From assembly GCA_963775425.1 (NCBI GenBank), contig CAVZJB010000001.1, positions 1 through 64,000 of the forward strand: a DNA stretch of 64,000 bases, written 5' to 3'. Made by a program: the position numbers and the translations under genes. Origin of the DNA: an uncultured delta proteobacterium (GTDB taxonomy: Bacteria > Myxococcota > UBA727 > VGSZ01). Below the pieces are notes generated by a model. The model did no database searches, was not told where the DNA came from, and worked only from the letters and a program-made list of their open reading frames with translations. Positions 40,060-53,075 of the stretch are shown here, piece by piece; the first letter of the stretch is position 1, and every line of letters starts with the position of its first letter.

Positions 40060-40920
40060 TCACCCGAGGAGCTTGAGCTTCATCGAGAGGTCCACGCTCT
40101 TGGCCTGGTGCGTCAGCGCGCCCATGGACACGAGGTCGACGCCCGCCGCCGCCACGCGCGGCAGGCGCTCCACCGTCATGTTGCCCGAGGCCTCGACGAT
40201 GACGCGGCGCCCCGTGCTCTTTTCGTGCGCGCGGATGCGGGCGACGCTCTGCGCGAGCAGCGCGTCGTCCATGTTGTCGAGGAGGACGGCGTCGGCGCCG
40301 GCGGCGAGGCACTCGTCCACCTGCGCGAGCGAGCCGGCCTCGATCTCGATCTTCAACAGGTGGTGCACGTGCGCTCGCGCGCGCGACGCGGCGGCGGCGA
40401 TGCCGCCCGCGGCCTCGATGTGGTTGTCCTTGATGAGGACTCCGTCGAAGAGCCCCATGCGGTGGCTGCCGGCGCCGCCCGCCTGCACCGCGGCCTTCTC
40501 GAGCGCCCGCCAGCCCGGCGTGGTCTTGCGGGTGTCCACCACGCGCGTGGCGGTGCCTTGGAGAACCTTGCTCACGGCCCGCGCCTGGGTGGCGATGCCC
40601 GACAGCCGCATGAGGAAGTTCAACGCGGGGCGCTCGCCGACGAGCAGGCTCCGGGCGCGGCCGCGCGCGGTGATGACGACGGTGCCACTGTCGACCTCGT
40701 CGCCGTCGCGCTGATGGGCCTCGATGACGACCTCCGGATCGAGGCGGGCGAACACGCGGCGAAAGACGTCGACCCCGAACAGAACCAGCGTTTCCTTCGC
40801 GCGCACGAACGCCTCGGCCTGCGCGTCCGGGCGCACGCACGCGAGGGTGGTGACGTCGCCGGAGGGGCCGAGGTCTTCGTCGAAGGCGAGGTCGATGAGG
40901 CGGTCGAGGTGCGCGGACAT
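40060..40920 (-). CDS. nadC: Nicotinate-nucleotide pyrophosphorylase (carboxylating)
   Basis: DTRKTTPG, HRMGLFDGVLIKDNHI, LLDNM, EASGN. Confidence 0.96.
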   Translation of the reverse strand: MSAHLDRLIDLAFDEDLGPSGDVTTLACVRPDAQAEAFVRAKETLVLFGVDVFRRVFARLDPEVVIEAHQRDGDEVDSGTVVITARGRARSLLVGERPALNFLMRLSGIATQARAVSKVLQGTATRVVDTRKTTPGWRALEKAAVQAGGAGSHRMGLFDGVLIKDNHIEAAGGIAAAASRARAHVHHLLKIEIEAGSLAQVDECLAAGADAVLLDNMDDALLAQSVARIRAHEKSTGRRVIVEASGNMTVERLPRVAAAGVDLVSMGALTHQAKSVDLSMKLKLLG

Positions 40921-40988
40921 GAGTCGCTTTTGCCTACCACATCCACCGCTGTGGGACGTCGGGGCTCAAAGTTTAGGCGGATCTGCCG

Positions 40989-41639
40989 ATGGGTGGAAAG
41001 CTGATCGTGAGGTCATCGGTGAGATCCAGGGGTTTCTCCCTCATAGAGATGATGCTGGTCATCGCGATCCTCGCGGTGCTCGCGGCGCTCGCGGTCCCGG
41101 CGATGAGCCCGCGCATCGACGAGGCCGAGCTGTCCGGCACCGCCGACGGCGTCGCCGCGCTCCTGTGGCGCGCGCAGGCGGAGGCGATGGCCACCAAGCG
41201 CTGCGTGCGCGTGCGCATCGAAGGCACCGAGATCGTCGCGGAGCGGCTCAACGCCTACGACTGCGACGTCTCGCCGGCGACGGCGCCGCTCATCGACACC
41301 ACGGCGGCGCGTTGGATCGAGGTCGCGCGCTTCCGCCTCGACGGATCGCTGATGACCGCCACGTTCGATCCGGTGCCCGCCGGGACCAGCGCGTCGAGCA
41401 CCGGCGCCAACAACGACGAGGGCGTCGACCAGATCCGCTTTCGTCCCTCGGGGCGCCTGTTCAGTCGCGACGACGATCCCGAAAACGACGACGGCGTCAT
41501 CAAGATCACCCACACGCGCATGGCCGAGAACTTCGTGCACAACAGCAAGAAGATCCTCGTCGAGGCCCAGGGCCTCGTCTGCGTGCTCCCGCGCGGCGTC
41601 GACCCCACCGGCTCCGGCAACAACCTCTCGTGTCCCTGA
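40989..41639 (+). CDS. Prepilin-type minor pilin (FimU/FimT-like)
   Basis: RG|FSLIEMMLVIAILAVLAALAVP; IRFRPSG. Confidence 0.85.
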   Translation: MGGKLIVRSSVRSRGFSLIEMMLVIAILAVLAALAVPAMSPRIDEAELSGTADGVAALLWRAQAEAMATKRCVRVRIEGTEIVAERLNAYDCDVSPATAPLIDTTAARWIEVARFRLDGSLMTATFDPVPAGTSASSTGANNDEGVDQIRFRPSGRLFSRDDDPENDDGVIKITHTRMAENFVHNSKKILVEAQGLVCVLPRGVDPTGSGNNLSCP

Positions 41640-41647
41640 AGGTGCCC

Positions 41648-42109
41648 ATGCCCGTCGAAACCGAAGCACCAGCGAGCAGCCGCGGCAGGCGCCGCAAGCG
41701 CGCGCCGGGCGGCTGGCTGATGGTCGAGGTCGGCGTCGGCGGCGTCATGGCCTCGGTGGTCCTCGCCTCGCTCCTGGCCAACGTCGGCGACTCCATGCGC
41801 CGCACCGTCGTCGTCGGCCGCGAGCTCACCGCAGGCATGCTCTGCCAGCAGGGCATCGAGCAGGCGCGCGCGGTGCAAAACCCCGTCACCAGCCTCGCCG
41901 ACGGCAACAACGTCGACATCGGCGTGCCTGGCGGGCTCACGGGCACCTACGCCCGGACGCGCACCATCACCTCGGGCACCGACACCGTCGGCGCGCTCCC
42001 CGTCGTCTTCAAGGACGTGCAGGTCACCGTCACCTTCCCGACCAGCGAAGGCATCACCAAGACCGTGAAGATGGAGACCCGCATCTACCAGGCGGGCAAC
42101 AGCCCGTGA
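41648..42109 (+). CDS. Minor pilin (PilV-like)
   Basis: GG|WLMVEVGVGGVMASVVL with E5 retained; KDVQVTVTF. Confidence 0.7.
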   Translation: MPVETEAPASSRGRRRKRAPGGWLMVEVGVGGVMASVVLASLLANVGDSMRRTVVVGRELTAGMLCQQGIEQARAVQNPVTSLADGNNVDIGVPGGLTGTYARTRTITSGTDTVGALPVVFKDVQVTVTFPTSEGITKTVKMETRIYQAGNSP

Positions 42110-43230
42110 CGCGCGCTCAGCTCCACCCGCGCGGCGCCACGCTCATCGAGCTGATGGTCTCGCTGTCGCTGATGGCCGTGGTGCTCGCCGTCACCATCGG
42201 CGTCATCGTCGGCGCCGCACAGAGCGGCGCCCGCGCCCGCGCCCGCGCCGGGCTCGCGCGCCAGGGCCAGTACCTCAACACGCTCCTGTCCAACGAGCTG
42301 CGCATGGCCGGCCTCGGCGTCCCGGCGGCGTCCGGCACGCACATCGACGACGCCTACGCCGGCGCCGGCGACACCACCTTCGACACCGACGTCATCCTCG
42401 CCACCTCGACCTCCGTCGGCATCGTCGGCGACTTCCCGCGGCCCACGCGGCAGTACAACACGCTCGGCACCCTCGACGGCCACGCCGCCGGCGGGCCCAG
42501 CGACGTCATGTGGCACACGGAGAACAACGGCTCGTGCGCGCCGCAGACCGGCAGCGGGAGCTGCAGCACGGCGAGCACCAGCTTGTTCTTCCCCGGCGAG
42601 TCCGGCTGCAACACCGGCGGCGCCGTCGACGACCGCACCTGTCCGTGGGGCATGCGGCGCGTGAGCGACGGCGAGTCCATCCAGGTGGTGAGCGGCGCCA
42701 TGCGCTGGACGCACGCGCACGCGAGCAACCCGCTGACCATGAGCACCTTCGGCACCAACGGCTTGTTGTCGTTGCACCTGTCGACGGCCTGGAGCTCCGC
42801 CGTCTGGCCCAACGACAGCAACAGCGCCGCGCCCACGGCGGTCACCGGCGAGGGCTTCGTCACCAGCATCGACCGCGTCTTCTATTTCTTCGACTCGAGC
42901 GCCCACACCATCTCGCGCATCCAGTGCTTCGGCGATCCCGCGCCGCAGGACACAAACTGGCCCAACCTCGCCAACAACACGCTGCCGTCCATCAGCTCGC
43001 TCGAGGTGACGCCCAACGGCGGCTCGCAGAACACGTGCGTCGGGCCCGAGGTCGTCGCGCAGCACGTGGAGACCGTGCAGCTCGACTACTTCGACAACAC
43101 GGGCGCCACGGCCGCCGGCAAGGCCGCGGTCACGCGCATCGACTGGACCATCAAGCTGCGCACCGTCGTCGACGGGCGCCAGGTGGATCAAGACGTCGTC
43201 GGCACCGCGAAGATCAGGAACCTCTCATGA
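42106..43230 (+). CDS. Minor pilin (PilW-like)
   Basis: RG|ATLIELMVSL; ELRMAG; C-terminal IRNL. Confidence 0.82.
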   Translation: MTRAQLHPRGATLIELMVSLSLMAVVLAVTIGVIVGAAQSGARARARAGLARQGQYLNTLLSNELRMAGLGVPAASGTHIDDAYAGAGDTTFDTDVILATSTSVGIVGDFPRPTRQYNTLGTLDGHAAGGPSDVMWHTENNGSCAPQTGSGSCSTASTSLFFPGESGCNTGGAVDDRTCPWGMRRVSDGESIQVVSGAMRWTHAHASNPLTMSTFGTNGLLSLHLSTAWSSAVWPNDSNSAAPTAVTGEGFVTSIDRVFYFFDSSAHTISRIQCFGDPAPQDTNWPNLANNTLPSISSLEVTPNGGSQNTCVGPEVVAQHVETVQLDYFDNTGATAAGKAAVTRIDWTIKLRTVVDGRQVDQDVVGTAKIRNLS

Positions 43231-45491
43231 GCGCAGTCAAGAAGAACCCGCGCGGGTTCATCATCCTCATCATCCTGGCCGTCATCGCGACGTCGAGCGT
43301 CATCCTCGCCACGCAGCTCAGCAGCGTGTCGGGGCAAAACGGCGCCAAGATCCGCACCAACGAAGAGGTGAAGGCGCGCGACGTCGCCGAGTATTGCCTC
43401 GAGGTCGCCGACGCCTACGCCGTCGCCGTCGGCAACTCCCAGGTCGACTTCGACACGCTGCTCGACCCCAACGGCGTCATCGAGGCCGACGGCGCCGGCG
43501 ACGACTTCCTCCCACCCGCTACGCTTCTGTCCGGCGCCACCAGCATCGTCGCCATCCCGCCGGCGCAGACCACGTCGCACTTCCGCTTCCGCGCGTTCGC
43601 CGTCTCACCGAGCAGCGGCGGCGACCCCATCGGCACCTGCTTCATCCGCTACGACGACAACAGCGACGACGACAACAGCTTCCCGGACTCGTCGGTCACC
43701 GGCAACACCAACGGCGTCGCGGAGGGCCCGAGCGCCCCCAACAACGGCGCCGACGTCGCCGAGCGCGATCGCGACCGCACCATCATCACCACGGTCGTCG
43801 GCGTGGTGCCCGCGCGCAGCGACCAATCCACCGCCTACGTGCAGGCCCACGCGCGTGCCACGGTGCGCCGCGTCCGCGCCATGCCCTCCGCGGTCGCGGG
43901 AGGCGCCGCCATCCAGGCCGGGGGCACCGTGGACTTCGACGGCGCCATCTGCGGCAGGACCGCCGGCCTGCTGGCCGACGAGGTCAAGGGCGGCGTCTGC
44001 GTGTGCGGCAAGCTCGACGCGCAGTTGGTGAGCGGCAGCCAGGGCACCACCGACGGCGATTGCGGCTGTCCGAAGTGCGCGCCGTCGACCGGCTCCACCA
44101 CCACGTCGGGCCCCCGCGCCGATCCGACCATCGACGTGCCGGCCTTCGGGACGCTCTTGTCCAACAAAGGGTTCGGCACCGTCACCTCGGACGGCTCCTT
44201 CACCGCCAGCAACAACATCGCGTCCGCCACGTTCGGCGCGGCGGTGGTCTACCTCAGGAACAAGGTCAACGCCCCCGCCGGCAGCGACGGAGCGGCCGGC
44301 ACCACCGACGTCTTCGCCTGGGATCGCTTCGACGCCGACACGAATGCGACGCTCACCGCGGGCGGCGCGGCCGTGAACGGCACCGGCAACGCCACCAAGG
44401 ACTGCACGGACACGAGCGGCCTCGATCCCATCCCCGATCCCTGCGGCTGGGACCTCGCGGGCAAGGCCCTCACCTGCTCCACGGCGCAGAGCCAGTGCTG
44501 GAAGCTCGTCGCGCGGCTCGGCGACGGCGCCGCCGCCGACATCGACATCACGGGCACCGCCGTCACCGAGCAAGCCGACGCGGCCGGCACCGGCTTTCTG
44601 GCGCGCAGCGGCAACCTGCCGAACTTCAAGAACACCGGCGCCAACACCGCGCGCTGGCGCGACGTCGCGCCGGGGACCGGGAGCGGCGGCAACGACGGCC
44701 CGTCCTGCACGTCCTGCACGGCCAGCGCGGCGTTCATCACGACGTCGGGCACGGACTACGCGGTGTCGTCGTCCAACACGCTCGCCGACGTCCCCCACAT
44801 GATCATCGTCATCGACAGCGCGTCCGCGAGCACCACGACGGTGGGCTCGCTGTCGCGCACGGGCTCCAAGATCTCGGTGTTCAGCAACAACAACATCGAG
44901 ATCGCGGGCAGCCACCAGTGCTGCGCCACCTGCTCCTGCACGCAGAACTGCAGCTCCGGCACCACCATGACGGCGACGACCAACGGTCCCGCGCTCGCCA
45001 TCCGCACCGACCGCGACTGCGCCGACACGTCGACGTTCGGCATCATCGGCCAGATCATGTGCCGCGAGCTCGACCTCGGGAACAGCAACAACAACTGCAG
45101 CGTCGGCGGGCTCATCGGCCTCGGAGACCCGGTCACCGACCCGGTCACCGCCGGCGGCGGCACGCTCGACTGCAAGCTCCCCGGCGCGAGCAAGACCAAC
45201 TCCATCTGCGAGGACAAGGCCAACTTCTGCGTGAAGAACAACTTCGACCTGGTCGGAGACCTCTCCTGCGCCGGCAACATCTGCATGAAGAACAACCTCG
45301 ACATGCACGGCGGCGTCATCCAGACGCTCGGCAGCATCGGCTGGAAGAACAACCCCGTCGCGGCCGGCCAGATCCGCGCCGGCGGCGACATCGTCGGGAA
45401 GAACAACGCCACCATCACGTTCGACGGCAACGCCGGCGCCACCGAGAACCAGGGCGTGGCGCAGGCGATGTGGATGGACGCCACGTGGTAG
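43227..45491 (+). CDS. Large PilX/GspK-like minor pilin with Cys-rich extracellular extension
   Basis: RG|FIILIILAVIA (no E5, as in PilX); ARDVAEY; 754 aa; ATGA coupling. Confidence 0.75.
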   Translation: MSAVKKNPRGFIILIILAVIATSSVILATQLSSVSGQNGAKIRTNEEVKARDVAEYCLEVADAYAVAVGNSQVDFDTLLDPNGVIEADGAGDDFLPPATLLSGATSIVAIPPAQTTSHFRFRAFAVSPSSGGDPIGTCFIRYDDNSDDDNSFPDSSVTGNTNGVAEGPSAPNNGADVAERDRDRTIITTVVGVVPARSDQSTAYVQAHARATVRRVRAMPSAVAGGAAIQAGGTVDFDGAICGRTAGLLADEVKGGVCVCGKLDAQLVSGSQGTTDGDCGCPKCAPSTGSTTTSGPRADPTIDVPAFGTLLSNKGFGTVTSDGSFTASNNIASATFGAAVVYLRNKVNAPAGSDGAAGTTDVFAWDRFDADTNATLTAGGAAVNGTGNATKDCTDTSGLDPIPDPCGWDLAGKALTCSTAQSQCWKLVARLGDGAAADIDITGTAVTEQADAAGTGFLARSGNLPNFKNTGANTARWRDVAPGTGSGGNDGPSCTSCTASAAFITTSGTDYAVSSSNTLADVPHMIIVIDSASASTTTVGSLSRTGSKISVFSNNNIEIAGSHQCCATCSCTQNCSSGTTMTATTNGPALAIRTDRDCADTSTFGIIGQIMCRELDLGNSNNNCSVGGLIGLGDPVTDPVTAGGGTLDCKLPGASKTNSICEDKANFCVKNNFDLVGDLSCAGNICMKNNLDMHGGVIQTLGSIGWKNNPVAAGQIRAGGDIVGKNNATITFDGNAGATENQGVAQAMWMDATW

Positions 45492-45501
45492 ACCGGAGCC
45501 G

Positions 45502-46554
<1,053 letters not shown>

Positions 46555-46596
46555 GCCGCTGCGCGGGCGGCGGCGTCGCCGTGGCGCGGGGCAGGC

Positions 46597-47637
46597 TCAC
46601 TCGCAGGTGGCGGTCTTCGAGCGGCGCTCGAGGTGGATGGCCTCGCCGTCGAAGTCGAGGTCGAGGGTGTCGTCGGTGAGGCCGCGGACGGGGGCGTCGA
46701 CGTGCTCGCCGAACGCGGAGAAGGCGACGCGCGGCGGGTCTTCCTCGGCTTTCCAGGTGCCGTGGACGGTGGGCATGTCGTCGGGGTCGAAGTCGCCGTC
46801 GCCCGCGCCCGCGGCCTCGTAGCGCACGGCGTAGGCGCCGTCGTCGCAGAGGGCGTTGACGTTTCGCAGCGGGCCCTCGTCGTACGTCCAGGTGCCGACG
46901 AGCCGGTCGTGGAGCGAGGGCGCCCCCGGTCCCTGTTCCTCCTCCTCGCCGTCGCCGTCGCCCTCGTCCTCGTCACCCGCGGGGGCCGCGGTGTCGGCGT
47001 GGGGGGCGCCGGCGCCGTCCGCGGGAGGGCCCGCGTCCACCGGGGCCTTCGCCGGCGCGGGCTTGTGCCGCGCGTGGTGCTCGTGACGGGCGACCTTCAC
47101 CGGCGCCGTCGAGCGCAGCGCGTCGAAGTCGGCCTCGACGGCGCGGGCGAGCGCGGCGAGCTTTGCGTCGTCGTGCGCGGAGTACGCCTCGACGAGGGCG
47201 GCGGCGCGCGCGGCGGGCGCCCCCGGCAGGTGCGCCTTCACCAGCGCGCGCGCGTACGTGACGAGCGCGGCGCGCGCGACCCCGTCCCGGTCGCACCCGG
47301 CCGCCGCCGGCGGAAGGACGACGCAGGCGACGTCGTCGTCCCACCGCGGCGCGCACGACGGCGGCGCCGTGACCTCGTCGACGCCGGGGGTACAGGCGCG
47401 CGGCGCCACGGCCACGCTCATGCCCGCGCGCGCGAGGGCGTCGCCGAAGCCGGCGAGCGCGGCCTGGACGTCCACGCGCGCAGGCGGCGGCGCGGACTTC
47501 TCCGTCGCGCAGCCGGCGACGACGACGACGGCGGCGGCGACGAGAGGCGGCGGCGGCGGCGATCGCGCGGCGTGTGTGGCTCGCGCGGCTCGTGCGGGGG
47601 ACCGTCCCCCGCGCCACGACCACCACGAGCGGGAGCG

Positions 47638-47641
<4 letters not shown>
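46597..47641 (-). pseudogene. Lipoprotein gene with an apparent single-base frameshift in the signal peptide (or a sequencing error)
   Basis: The frame with LVAAAVVVVAGC-ATEKS has no in-frame start. The GTG-initiated frame ...RRAIAAAAA joins it if one base near 47545 is removed. Confidence 0.55.
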
Positions 47642-49221
<1,580 letters not shown>

Positions 49222-49282
49222 GGCGCGGCACCCTAACCAGGGCGCGTCGACAAAGGAAAGGGCCGGGGTTAAACCGACGGGG

Positions 49283-50599
49283 ATGCCCCCGCTGCTCGCC
49301 CTCCTGTTGCTGGCCCCGGCGGCCGAGCGCACCACCCTCGTCCTGGACGCCCCCGTGCCCCCGGAGCCGCGGTACTCCCAGTCCATCTCGGTGGTGGCCC
49401 ACCTCGCCAGGGAGAGCGACGGGTCCGCCGTGGCCGGCGCCGACTGCCAGGCCTTCGGTGGCGCCCCCTGCAGCGTCATCATCAGCGTCGCCCCCGCCGA
49501 CGACCCGGGCGCCGCCGTCGTCGTCAACGCGCAGGGGTTCGTCACGGACACCGAAGGAGCCACCAGCGGCGCCCACGTCCTGTTCGTCGACGGCGTCCCC
49601 GACCAGGCCACGCACTACGCCGCCGCCACCGACGGCGCGCCCTACGTCATCCGGGCGCGCTTCCTCGGGGCCGGCGCCGGCGCCGCCGCCGGCAACCCCG
49701 ACTGCGCGCCCGACGCCGCGGAGACCGGCGGGGCCGGCCTGTGCCCGAGCGAGGCCACCGTCGACGTCTCGCTGTTTTCGGAGACCTCGAGCGTCGTCCT
49801 CGGCGAGGGCCTCGAGGCCAACCTCGGCGACACCCTCACCCTGTCCGCCAACGTCTTCGACCCCAACGGCGACAGCGACGGCAGCGACGTCGACGGCCCG
49901 GGGCCGAAGAACCTCGTGGGCGTCGACGTCACCTTCTTTTACGACGTCGACAACAACGGCCACGCCAGCGCCGACGAGGCCATCGGCACCGCCCCCACCA
50001 ACGCGGCCGGGGTGGCGTCCACGGACTTCACGCTCGACCCGCAGTTCATCCGGGCGGGCACCTACGACAGCGGCATCCAGGCCGAGTACTCCGGCGACGA
50101 TCACTTCGGCGTCGCGCGCGCGTCGGTCCGCATCGTCGTGCACCCCGCCGGCATCGACGTGTCGCGCACCGTCATCGAGGCGGACCCCGACACCATCCCC
50201 GCCGACGGCTTCTCCTCGAGCGAGTTGCGCGTCCGCCTCGTCGACACCTTCAACAACCCGCTCGACGAAAACAGCGATCCGCACGACGTCTCGCTCAGCA
50301 CCACGCTCGGGGTCTTGAACGGCACGGTCGAGCGCGACCTCCTGAACGGCACGTACACGCAGGTGCTCCAGGCGCAGCGCAAGGGCGGCACGGCCACCGT
50401 GACCGTCACCGTCGACGGCGAGGAGGGCCCGTCGCGCACGGTGGAGATCGTGGGCGGCACCGGCTGCCACTGCGGCTCGGTCGACGACGTCCCCGGCATT
50501 TCCCTCGCGCTTGCGTGCTTGGCGGCGATCCGGCTGCGGCTGCGGCGTCGGCGTCGTGCCCGCCGGGGATGGCGGGGAGCGCGACAGCGCGCGCACTGA
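49283..50599 (+). CDS. Ig-like (Big-1/invasin-type) surface protein with MYXO-CTERM-like tail
   Basis: IPADGFSSSELRVRLVDTFNNP, NGTYT; tail GGTGCHCG...LALACLAAIRLRLRRRR. Confidence 0.75.
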   Translation: MPPLLALLLLAPAAERTTLVLDAPVPPEPRYSQSISVVAHLARESDGSAVAGADCQAFGGAPCSVIISVAPADDPGAAVVVNAQGFVTDTEGATSGAHVLFVDGVPDQATHYAAATDGAPYVIRARFLGAGAGAAAGNPDCAPDAAETGGAGLCPSEATVDVSLFSETSSVVLGEGLEANLGDTLTLSANVFDPNGDSDGSDVDGPGPKNLVGVDVTFFYDVDNNGHASADEAIGTAPTNAAGVASTDFTLDPQFIRAGTYDSGIQAEYSGDDHFGVARASVRIVVHPAGIDVSRTVIEADPDTIPADGFSSSELRVRLVDTFNNPLDENSDPHDVSLSTTLGVLNGTVERDLLNGTYTQVLQAQRKGGTATVTVTVDGEEGPSRTVEIVGGTGCHCGSVDDVPGISLALACLAAIRLRLRRRRRARRGWRGARQRAH

Positions 50600-50640
50600 C
50601 GGAGCGCCCCTCGTTTGCGGGTCGATGCTACAACTCTGCG

Positions 50641-52347
50641 ATGACGGAGACCTTCCTCGCGCTGCGGCGGGACCTGCGCGCGCTCCCCGCGAAGAAGCGG
50701 CTGGACCGCATCCTCGAGCGCAAGGACGCGCTCAAGGTGGTGCGGGCGCTGCCCACCGAGGACGTGTACGCCACGCTCCGCGAGGTCGGCCTCGAGGACT
50801 CCCTCGAGCTCCTCGAGCTGTGCGCGCCACGACAGGTGCAGGGCTTCCTCGATCTCGACGGCTGGCGCGGCGACCGCATCGACAGCGGCTCCATGGCCTT
50901 GTGGCTTCGCGCGCTCTTCGCCGCCAACGCCGACCGCGCCGTCGGCCAGTTGCGCGGGCTCGACATCGAGCTGCTCACGCTCCTCGTGAAGCTCCACTGC
51001 CGCATCTACGACCTGTCGCAGGAGGAGGAGCCCGAGGAGGAGGTGGGGCTGCACTCGATGACGCCCGACCGGCGCTACCTCATCGTCTACGGCGGCATCG
51101 GCGACGACGAGGACATGCAGCGCGTGATGAAGGCCGCCATCGATCGCCTGATGACCCGCGACCTGCTCTTCGTGCTCCGCCTGTGCGAGGCCGCGCGCTG
51201 GGATCTGCCGTCGTCGCTCGAGGAGGACGCCTTCCGCTGGCGCAACGCGCGCCTGGCCGACCTCGGCTTCTCCCCGCGCCACGAGGCGCTCGAGGTGTTC
51301 GCCTGGCGCGACCCCGACGCGCCGCTGGAGCCGCCGCCCCCGCCGGGGCCGCCCGCGGCCGCCGACGACCCCGAGGCGCCGTCCACCGACCTGTCGACGT
51401 CGGTGCTGTTTCCGTGGGACGCGCTCAAGGAGGGCGCCGCCGCGTTCGCCCAGGCCACGCGCGATCTGCCCGAGGCCGTGAAGGAGCGCGTCGCGCACCA
51501 GACGATGCTCGTCGCCAACGAGGTCCACTGCGCCGACGGCGGCGACACCGGCGACCCGGAGGCCTTGCGGGCGACGGCGCAGCAGGTGGTGGACACGGTC
51601 GGCGTCGCCCTCAGCTACCGCTGCGCGGGCGACCCGCAGCAGCTCCCGGCCGTCCTGTTGTCGACGTCGGTGAAGACGCTGTTTCGCGTCGGACACTCGC
51701 TGTCGCTCAAGCTGCAGACCGAGCTCAAGGCGCGCATCGACGCGCGCGACTCCGGCCTTCAGGGAAACGGCGTGCTCCGCCTGGACTCCCCGCTGCGCGA
51801 GGCCGCCGCGGGCCTGTTGCGCGCGCGGCCGCTCCTGTTCTGCGGCCTGCTCGATCCGCGGCGCGTGGACTACCGGCCGCCGTCGTCGTTGGTGGAGCTG
51901 GCGGCGCTGTCGCGGGCGGTGCTCGAGATCGGCTTTCGCGGGGCGCTGCTCGGCCCCCGCGGCTTCGGCGCCACCGACGCCGTGCTCGCGTCCCACGGCG
52001 CCGCCGACGCCGCGGAGCAGCCGAGCCACGGCGCGCTCCTCGGCGCCTTGCTCGCGCGCGTGATGCTCGGCGCGGACCCGGCCGTGGCCCCCCTCGACGA
52101 CGATCAGCTCGTCGCGCTCCGCAAGGCCGTGGACGACGGGGAGCGCCGCACGCGCGCCGTCGACGCCGTGGCCGCGAGCGCGCGGGCGTTCGCGCCGCTG
52201 CCGGGGGCGCCCGGCGCCGGCGACGTCGAGGCGCGCACGCGCACCTACGCCTCACAGGTGATGGACGCGGTCACGAGCGAGCTGAGGTTGCTGGACACGG
52301 ACCCCGATCGCCGCTTCCTGGCGAGCGTGTGGGCCGTCCGCGCGTAG
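50641..52347 (+). CDS. DUF6178-like protein
   Basis: VVRALPTEDVYATLREVGLEDSLELL...FLDLDGW; EEDAFRWRNARLADLGF. Confidence 0.75.
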   Translation: MTETFLALRRDLRALPAKKRLDRILERKDALKVVRALPTEDVYATLREVGLEDSLELLELCAPRQVQGFLDLDGWRGDRIDSGSMALWLRALFAANADRAVGQLRGLDIELLTLLVKLHCRIYDLSQEEEPEEEVGLHSMTPDRRYLIVYGGIGDDEDMQRVMKAAIDRLMTRDLLFVLRLCEAARWDLPSSLEEDAFRWRNARLADLGFSPRHEALEVFAWRDPDAPLEPPPPPGPPAAADDPEAPSTDLSTSVLFPWDALKEGAAAFAQATRDLPEAVKERVAHQTMLVANEVHCADGGDTGDPEALRATAQQVVDTVGVALSYRCAGDPQQLPAVLLSTSVKTLFRVGHSLSLKLQTELKARIDARDSGLQGNGVLRLDSPLREAAAGLLRARPLLFCGLLDPRRVDYRPPSSLVELAALSRAVLEIGFRGALLGPRGFGATDAVLASHGAADAAEQPSHGALLGALLARVMLGADPAVAPLDDDQLVALRKAVDDGERRTRAVDAVAASARAFAPLPGAPGAGDVEARTRTYASQVMDAVTSELRLLDTDPDRRFLASVWAVRA

Positions 52348-52354
52348 CCCGCCG

Positions 52355-53065
52355 TCACTCGCCGAGGACGAAGTAGAGCACGGCGCCGGCGGCGAGGCCG
52401 ACGACGCCGGCGGCGGTGGAGCCGACGCCTACCCAGCCGAGCGTGACTGCCTGCTCCTTGTCGGGGCCGGTGCTGGTCTTGTCCTCGAGGACGGGCTCGG
52501 AGGTGCCGACGAGGATGCCGCCGGCGGCGAGCGCGAGGAGGCCGATGCCGCCGGCGAAGAGCGCGCCGCTTTGCATGGGCGTGAGCTCGACGCCGCCGGC
52601 CGCGGGCACTTTGTCACCCTCGTGCGCGGCGCCGTGGTCGACCTCGACGTGGACGGGGGCCACGGCCTTCACCCAGGTGCGCACGTCGTCGGGGAGGAGC
52701 GGCCCCTCCTTCATCTCCTTGTCGCCGAAGCCGATGTTGGCGGAGACCTCCTTGTCACCGCCCGCGCCCGTGGCGGTGAGCTGCATGACGGTGCCGACGC
52801 GCACGAGGTCGACGACGAGGAGCGCCGCGGGCGGGTCCGTGAGCACGACGCGGGCGCGCTCCACGCAGCCCGCGTCCGGCCCGCAGGGCGGGTCCACGGC
52901 GGGCGCGGCGACGACGACGGCGCCGAGCGCGGCGAGCTCCTTTTCGAGCTCGACGCTCACCTCGCCCACCTCCTTGTCGCTGAAGCCGACGCTCGGCTGC
53001 AGCGCGAGCCCGACGGTGGGGCCGGCGGCGGGAGCGAGGAGGGAGAGCGCGAAGATCGCGAGCAT
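52355..53065 (-). CDS. Exported hypothetical protein with C-terminal Gly-rich TM pair
   Basis: Signal peptide and two C-terminal hydrophobic segments. Confidence 0.7.
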   Translation of the reverse strand: MLAIFALSLLAPAAGPTVGLALQPSVGFSDKEVGEVSVELEKELAALGAVVVAAPAVDPPCGPDAGCVERARVVLTDPPAALLVVDLVRVGTVMQLTATGAGGDKEVSANIGFGDKEMKEGPLLPDDVRTWVKAVAPVHVEVDHGAAHEGDKVPAAGGVELTPMQSGALFAGGIGLLALAAGGILVGTSEPVLEDKTSTGPDKEQAVTLGWVGVGSTAAGVVGLAAGAVLYFVLGE

Positions 53066-53075
53066 GGCGGCGAGG

